A stretch of DNA of 12,515 nt. It comes from a virus. Its lineage: Duplodnaviria > Heunggongvirae > Uroviricota > Caudoviricetes. Within the stretch, counting starts at the first letter, position 1. Each line of letters starts with the position of its first letter. A program made the position numbers and the translations under genes. The notes beneath the pieces were generated by a model. That model saw only the letters and a list, made by a program, of their open reading frames with translations. It ran no database searches and had not been told where the DNA came from. The stretch spans positions 1 through 12,515 of the IMG/VR virus record IMGVR_UViG_3300006092_000059; one strand, given 5' to 3'. Below are positions 1 through 9,000 of the stretch, piece by piece.

Positions 1-2
1 GA

Positions 3-3000
3 GTTATAGAACAAAAGATAAATGATTATGCTTTGAAATATGGTGAAACCCCAATTACAAACGATAGTTGGGGAATTGCCAAATTTATTCAAAATACTTT
101 AGGAGCACAAACTTCTGAAGAAAAAGCTATTAGAGAACTTCAAGATGAAAGAGATTCTAAGTTAGCAGATATAAAGAAAACTGAACAAGAATTAAAAAAT
201 ATCTATGCAGATAGTTATTTACAATCTTCTTTATTAGGTAATCAAAAAGCTATTTCTGCTTCTAAATTATATAATCCAGCAGATGCTAAGTCATTAGAAG
301 ATATAGAAAATAGCACTCAGTTTCTTACTACATTTAAAGATGCTTCTGATCAACAAATTATAGATAGATATAAAAATATAGGTATTACTTCTACTAATAT
401 AGATAACCCTGCAAAGATTAAAGCTAAACAGTTAGCTACAAAAACTTCTGAGCAAAAGTTTGGTCTTTTTGGATATTCAGATGTATCTAATGAAGAGAAT
501 CTTTATAATGGTATGATGCCAGAGATTCAAGCTTTATCTAATACTATTAATGAAGATAAAACTAAATTAGAAGAATTACAAAAAGGTTATGATGTTAATT
601 TTTCTGTTGAGGCTCTTAATAAGTTAAAGAGTGATGGTAAAGTATTATCTCCAGAAGGTGAAAAATTCATGGATGAATTATCTTTAGCTATTAGTGTTTT
701 TAGAGATAATATAAAAACTAAAGAAGATGTTAAGAATAGATTTTTTGATATTCTTAAAAAGAATACAAAGAATTATAAGGGATATAAAGATAATCAAGAA
801 CTTCTTAATTATTTAAGAAATGAAAGTCCTTTTACTGAAACTACTGTAGCAGGTGCTCAGGAATTTACTACAAAACTTGCAGGTAGACTTACACAGTTTG
901 CTCACTTAGGAGCTGCTAAATTATCTGATAATGAAGTTGCAGCTGAAAAGATTTTTTCAGAAAGACAATTCTTTCAATCTTATCAGAAACTTTATAACGG
1001 TAAATATACTGATATAGGTGAAATTCCAGCAGTACAAGTATTTGATAAAGATGGACATTTTAATTTTGATGCTGATCTTTCTGCTTTATGGTTTCAAACT
1101 GTTAAAACAGCAGGTGAATCTACTATATTAGGTTTTAGTGGACAAGCAGCTAAGTTAGTAGGTAAGAAAGCTATAGATAGAGCTATTGCTAAAACTGTAT
1201 TAGAATCTGAATTTGTTGCTACTATTCCTGCATTACAAAGAGCAGGGATAAAAGGAGTTGATTATATTAAGACTACAGGATTAGGATATGTAGCACCTTC
1301 AGTGTTAATGTATAGTCCTGAGATGATTAATAATGAAATGAAGTATAAAGGTTTAACTTTTGACCAAGCTTTTAAAATAGGTGTTTTAAGAGCTGTAGGG
1401 CAAGGTTGGACTGAAGCTATGTTTCTAAATGAGCTTATGATTCCTAAATTCTTAAAGGGTGAAATAGCTCCAAAACAATTAGCTAAAATAACTCAAGAAG
1501 AAGCATTTAAAAATGCTGTTGTTAATGGTGTTGAGAAACAAATAGGAACAAAATTAACTGATGCTGGATATAATTTTATATTTAACCCATTGGCTAAAAC
1601 CAGATTAAAACAATTTGCTAAAGGAAGTTTAGTAGTAACTACTGAGGAAGGATTAGAAGAAGATTTAGGAGATGTATGGGATAAGATGTCTGATAAAGTA
1701 GCTGAAACTTATAAAGCAGGTTATGAATCAGATCCACTTACTGTAGAATCTTTAATCAATACTTTTGTACAAACTGCTGCAACTATGGCTTTTCAAGGTG
1801 TAACAGGTGGTGTTACTAAAGTAAGAGAGTTTAATGCTGTTAATAATTATACTATTGATCAGTCTAAATATTTAGTTGGAAGCAGTCCTGAGATATATAG
1901 AAATACAATTAAAGGGCAATTAGCTGATGGTACTATTACTCAAGAAGAAGCTAATAGAAGATCTGCTCAAATAGATCATTTAGTTGGTTTATATAATTCT
2001 AATACTACTACTAATACTAAAATAGATGATAGTAAACTTAGTGTTCTTGAAAAGAATGCTATGAAGAATGAGTTATTTATAGCTACTCTTAGAGAAAATG
2101 AATTATCCTTAGTAATACCAAGAAATGAAAAAGAAGCTTCTAAATTAGTACAAGATGTTGAAGCTGTATTTAATCATAAACAAAATCTTATAGATGCTAT
2201 AGATAATTATGTAAGCAGTCCTGAGGAAAGAAGAGAAAAATTAAGAGTGTCTACTGAATCTAAATTGTTTGATGCTACTTATACTAATAAATATATTAAT
2301 GGTCTTGAAACAAAAACAGAAGTAAGTAATATTGTTACTAAATTAACAAGACAATTAGAAAAAGAAACTAGTCCAGAATTACAGGATAAGATTACTAAAA
2401 CTATTGGTAAACTAAACACTAGACTTTCTCAATTTACTGAAGAAACAAAGCCAAAACCTACAGAAGAAACATTTGAGTCTATTGTAGAGAAAATAAGCCA
2501 TCTTCCTGCAAAAGCTAAGGATGCTTATATTAGTATGAAGATTAATGAACTTGCTGCTTTATCTACTTATACAGATGAAAAAGAAGGTGCTTTAATTAAT
2601 AAACTATTGGATTACAATCAAACAGTCAATGATGAGATTGTAAAGGAGGATAAACTAGCAGCCCTTAATTTACTTAAAGAAGGAGATCCTGTAAGTTATC
2701 AAGGAAAAAGTTGGACTATTAAATCAGTTCAAGATGATAATATAACACTTGAGAATCAAATTCAAGGTGGTACAGAAACTACTACTATATCTAAAGAAGA
2801 TTTACTTGGAAGATTAAAACCAGTAGAAGCTGTAGCTGCTCCTGTGTCTACATTAGAATCTTTAAACAAAGAATTGCAAATTTTAAAACAGCAATTAACT
2901 ACTGCTAAAGAAGAAGAAAAACAACAAATTCTAGATGGTATTAGTTATGTAGAGGAAGAAATAAAAGATCTTGAAAGAACTGCTACAGTAGTTCCTAAAT

Positions 3001-6000
3001 ATGAAGAAGGAGAACATATTGTTAAAACTACTACTAATGATGGTGGTTTTGATGATGAGTATGATAGTCCAAGAGGTCTTACTGAATTAGCTTCTTTAAA
3101 TAAAGAGAGAAGACAAAATGAACTTGATCCTAATACTTCATTAGAAGTAACACGTACTGTTGGTATTAATCCAACTACTGAAAATATTAATGATCCTTCA
3201 TTAAGAACAAGACTTAATGTATTAGCTGTGTTATCTAAAAAGTTAGAAGAAACAGGTAATGTAAGTTTTGAGAATTTAGATAAACATGGATATTCTTTGT
3301 TAATATTATCTACTGAAGATTTATTAAAAAGAATGTTTCCTGCTTTAACTATCAAAACTAAAGAAGATATTGAGTTATATCAAGATGCTCTTATTGAACA
3401 ATTTGAACTTGAAAGAATAAACTATTGGAAACAAAATGGTATAGGTGAAGACAAAGAAAGTATATTAGTTTCTGCAGATAAAGGTGAGATATTAAGATTT
3501 AGTGATGATGGTGAACTTGATCCTAATGGAAGAGTAGCTTATTATCCTATTCCTCAAATTCATACAGCTGAAAGGCAATATGATCCTGATCAGATTTTAA
3601 CTAATGACAAAACTGGATTTAAACCTGGTAAGACTTTATTAGATAAAGGTCAGAATAGAGGAATATATGAAGCTAGTCTTAATGTTTTAAAACAAATAAG
3701 AGCTGCTTCTAAACCAGTTATTTACAAGATTAAGAAGTTATCTGATGGTGTTATTGCTAAAACCAATTTCACTATTGGTAGACCTAATGTTATTACATTT
3801 CTAAAAAGAACAGGATTGTCTGATGTATCTATTTATATAGAGCAAACTAAAGAAGAAAAAAGTACAAAACAAGGTGCTGCTTATATAATGGATAGTAAAG
3901 GTAATAAGTGGCTATTAAAAAGACCTCAACTAAACCGTACTGGTTGGATTAATGCTATTATAAATATGTCACTTCCTAATGAGTCTATTAGTAAAGATGC
4001 ATTAGCTACCTTAAAAGATCTTGGACTTGAAGAATGGGAAGAAAGATATAAATATATAGGTAAGTTAATTTATTTGTCTAATAAACATACTGCTGATTTA
4101 GGATTAGATATATCTCTTACTAAAGATAAAAAAGCTTCTTTAATAAAAATTAGTGAACGCTACTTTAATAGAGTAAAAGAATTAGATCCTAATTTTAATA
4201 AATTAAGTGAGATTGAAAATTCTGATGGTACTAAGACATATGTTTTGTATATGGATAAGTCTTATAGTAAAGATTTATTCAGTATGTTGTTAAGAGATCA
4301 GAAAAAACTCAACTTAATAAAAGCACCAGAAGTTGGTAATTTTAATGTTATAAGTTTTGAAGGTGGTACAACTACTGGTAAATTCTTTATAGCAGATGGG
4401 GATACTTATACTAGTTATAAGGATTTTGTATTTAATAACTTTGATGTATTTGCTGAACCAGAAAAAAGTATTGTTGAATTAAGAAATGCTGGAATAAAAA
4501 GTTTTCCAGGACAATACTTACAATTAGATATATCAGATGCTCAATTAATAGGAGAAGAAGATAAATTAACTGGTATTGTAAAAGTTACTCCTAGTCAAGA
4601 TATTAATAGTCTTGAATTAGAGATGAGTAATTTATATGACAATACTGCTACTGCTGAAGAGAAAAAAGCAGCTGAAGATTGGTGGAATAGTGATGCTACT
4701 AAGCATTTAAGACAATCTATAAGTTTAAAGAAAATGCTTACTATTGTCAATAGTAAGAGTTTTGCTAACTTTAAAGATTGGACTATTACCTTATATAATG
4801 CAAGCAATCCTACTGCTATTTATCATGAAGCATGGCATGGATTTTCTCAAATGTTTTTAACTAAAAGACAGAAAACTAATCTCTATAATGAGCTTAGAAG
4901 AAAGTCTGGAGATGCTCCTGTAATTTATATTAAAGGTGTTAAATATGAAAAGAAATTTTCTGAATTAACAGATAAACAAGCTGAAGAAGTTTTAGGTGAA
5001 GATTTCAGATTATATGCTAAATCTGGAGGTAAGATTTCTTTTGGTAAAGAAGTAGCTAAGCAAACTATATTTGGAAAAATGTGGAATGCTATAAAAGAAT
5101 GGTTAACTGGTAATGTATCGTTAGATGAATATTATAGACGTTTATATGTAGGTGATATTTATAATTATGAACCTTCTATAGATAATCAAATGTTTACTAG
5201 TTTGGATAAGTCATTTGATGCTTTCTATAATAAGAATGGTAAAGCTTTTGCTAAAACTATAGGTAGTAGACAAATAAATGAATTTGTAAATGTTATAGAT
5301 AATATTATATCTCAGACTCTTCAAAATAAGGGTATGATGCATATTCTATTTAGTAAAGACCAAGATGTTGTTAATAGAAACCTTTCTAGATTATATAAGT
5401 TTACTCAAACTGAAATAGGTAATAAATTAGCAACTTTAACTCCTGATAGTGAAGAATATGAAGATCTTAATATTCTATATACTAACTTTGATAGATTTGT
5501 AACTCAAATACATAGTGATCAATCTTACTTATTTAGAAACATTAAGATAGAATTTGATCTTACAGACTTTGTAGAAAGTGAAAAGATAGATGAAGATCAG
5601 GAAAATAAACATAAGATTTCTTCTTTAAATACAGATGAAATCACTGATGATGATCTTGTTGATAGAGATAATATAGTTAGTTTTGCTGAAGAGGGCAGAT
5701 ACTCTGCCATAGAAAAAGCTTCTAATGAGATTATTTATTTAATTGCAACGCTTCCTAAATATATAAATGGAAAGCTTGTACAAGATAGATTTGGATTTAC
5801 TAAGTTAGCTAGCTTTGATATTACATGGTATAGACTTGCTAAAGAATTACAAGGTGTGTATGATGTAGAGCAAATGTATAAGAAGATAGATCAACTTGGA
5901 GATAAATATCCAGAGTTTAAAGAGTTATTAAAAAGACTTCCTGATATATCCAATCCAGCTACAGATCTTAGACAAGTAACTCTTGTTCAGCAATTTATAA

Positions 6001-9000
6001 TAGATTTTTCTAAACCTCTTGTAGAAATGTATGAGGGTATACTAGAAAAAGGTGATGAAGGTTTGACATTTAGAAATATTAAATCTTCTAATAAAGCTAC
6101 TAAAACTGTTAAGAAGATCTTTACTGATATATTCAAAGATATAGAAGATAGTAAATTTGTATCTAAAACTGAAACAGATCAGAATAAACTAGTTATACCA
6201 GAATTGGTAAAAGAGTTTGCTGAAATTACTTCTGATAGAGATGGTAATGAAATAGTAGAGTTAACTTCTAATACAGATAAAAGGTTGGAATTTTTAAAAG
6301 CTATAGGTTTTGAATTTTCACAAATAACTCTTGATAGTAAAGATTTTAGAGATTCAATAGATGCTAAAAAAGTACAAGTAAAATATGGAAAAGATATTCT
6401 AAATCTTATATTTAAAGATCTATTGTATCTTGATAAGATGGGTATTGAAATTACTGAACCTATTGACCAAGTAAGTAGTAGATTTAAAAATCATAAAGTA
6501 GGTAATAGTAGTTATGATCATAAGGGAGAAGCTGCTAATATTGAGAAATTATTAAATCTTGAAGTTCAAGCTACTAATGAGTATTTTGAAGATAGTGCTA
6601 TTAATCCTAATGGAGATTTAGTATGGCAAACTCAGAATTACAGTAAGATTACTTTATTATACTCAGATCTTAATAATACTGAAAAGTATCCTGATTATCA
6701 ATCTATTATTAGTTTACCACAGTATTACTATTTGGATGAAGCTAAAAATCCAGGAATAAGACATTCATTAATATTGAATTCAATGTTTGTTCTTGATGAG
6801 GATGGTGAGAATTTTGGTAAGAGAAGACTTGATGACTATAAAAATCCTGTTAAGATTTCTCTTAAAGAAATAGGTGGATTAAAATATAGAGAAGAAACTG
6901 GTATTACTAGATCTTCTAAAACTACAGATTTAAGTGTATTTGATAAGATTTTATACGACTTCAATTCATTTGTAACAAATGGAATTGTAGAACATATGCG
7001 TTATGCTGATAAAGGAAGTGCTAAAGGAACTCTAGTTCCTAAGTATATTTCTTCTGGAACATTTTTACCTGTAGCTATTACTAAGTTTTCAGAAGAGAAA
7101 GTTCCTGTAGCTGCTAGAAAGATATTTGAATTATACTTTAAAAGAGAAATAGATCAAATAAAACAATACTATGATATAGAAGCTACTAATCCTAACTCTA
7201 TTAAATGGTATAATACTAATGATAAATTAGGAAGCCAGTTTAGAATATTTGACAATATACTAGATCAAGATACAAAAGATAAGTTATATAAGTCTATTAA
7301 GTCTGGAACTGATACAACTACAATAGCTAATTCAGTAGATCTTAAACCTCATCTTGAAAGTTTCTTTGATAGACAAGTAGCTGAATTAAGAGCAAGACTT
7401 ATAAAGATACCAGCTATTGATAATGAAGGAATTACTAGAAACTTCTATAATTCTAAATTAGGTATAATAGAAAGTAAAGTAGGTGTTAATTATTTACATT
7501 TCTTACATGCTTTTATTACTAATAATTATATTTACAATATAGAGCAGATGTCTTTATTAAATGGAGATCTTGCTAACTTTAAAAAAGCCAATGATGTTCA
7601 TAAAAGATTAAGTGCAGATAGTGCTACTGGTACTTTTGCATTTATGAATAACTATGTGCAAACTTTTCTTAATACTTTAGGTAGAGGACAAGCTTCTATT
7701 CTTAAAGGTAAAGGCTATACAGTAGCAGATAGAAAAGAAGATGGAACTTATAATACAGCTATATTTACTGATGTTGTATTAAGAAGTCAATATACAAAAG
7801 CTTATCTTGATGAGATCTTAAAAAGTGCTAATGTAGATCTTACTGCTGATGAATTATTAACTTTGCCTGTGGCTAAAGCTACTGAGCTAATTAATTCAAA
7901 ATCAAATGATTTAAAGGATAAAACTAATATCTTAACAACTGTATTGGATAAGTATTCTGAAATAACAGAGGGAGATGCTCTTGGATTATGCACATTAGAT
8001 TTTTATCGTAATTTTAAGATTCTAATAGGACAATGGAATGATGTTGCTGAAAAAGCTTATCATAAAGCTATATTAGGCGAAACACTTTCAGAAGATGAAA
8101 TGTATTACTTTGTGCCTATTAAAGCTCAATACTCTGGCCCTATTGCAAACAGTGAATCTGTATTTGGTAGATATGTAAGAATAGATGCATTTGATAAATT
8201 TGCGTTAGTTCCTATTCTTCCAAGTGCTGTAAAAGGTAAACCACTTGAAGTATTTAATAATAATCTTGTTAAGCAAGGTATTGATTATGCTATGTTTGAA
8301 TCTGGAAGTAAAAAATCTTCTATTGTAAAAGATGGACATTTTAATCAATTCTATTTAGGAGATATTAATAATCGTACTCTTAATGATGGAACTTATAATA
8401 TAAACTCTAAATTCTTTACTTACTTGAAAGAACAGGTTTATATAGAACCTAAAATAAAAAAAGATATTATTTATGCCACTCAGTTTAATAAATTATTCTC
8501 AATAGATTTATATGAGGATGGTAAGGCTTTATCTCCTGAAATAGAACATTTAAATAACCAATATCGAGAAGTAAGAAATAAACTAATACATAATGAATTA
8601 AATAGATTATTCAGAGAGTTAAAAGTTAAAAGAGAAGGTAATGATTTTAAACTTCAAGATTACTCAGGTATAGCTTCTATTCTTCAAAAAGAATTTGCAT
8701 TAAGAGATCTTCCTGATAATATGAGAGATTTCTTAGTATTGAATAGTAGAAATGAATTAGAGTTCAGTTTGGATAGTAGTTTGTCAAGACAACAAATTAA
8801 TAAAATACTTTTGAGTATTGTTAATAATCGTTTAGTTAAGTATAAAGTCAATGGTGATAATTATATTCAGACAGCTTTTACTGGATGGGATACTGATAAC
8901 ACTTTGAAGATCTATGAAAAGAAAGAAAAAGATGGTAGAGAATATATTACTAAGATGCAAGTTAAAGTATCTATTGGTAAGTTTAAACCTTTATTAAATT

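Noticed and set aside
1880-2225. 13-nt direct repeat aagcagtcctgag (1880-1892, 2213-2225) and recurring S-P-E peptides
   Set aside because: Only two copies, both encoding SSPE. S/T-P-E is a common helix N-cap and recurs throughout the protein. There is no array or regulatory context.
2945-3355. 136-aa minus-strand ORF
   Set aside because: Lies wholly antisense to the giant ORF. It is Ser/Leu/Val-rich with no motif, typical of a shadow frame produced by biased codon usage.
4595-4807. 70-aa minus-strand ORF
   Set aside because: Antisense shadow of the zincin region, with no recognisable motif or expression signals.
7802-7993. 63-aa minus-strand ORF
   Set aside because: Antisense shadow within the conserved RNAP region, short and featureless.
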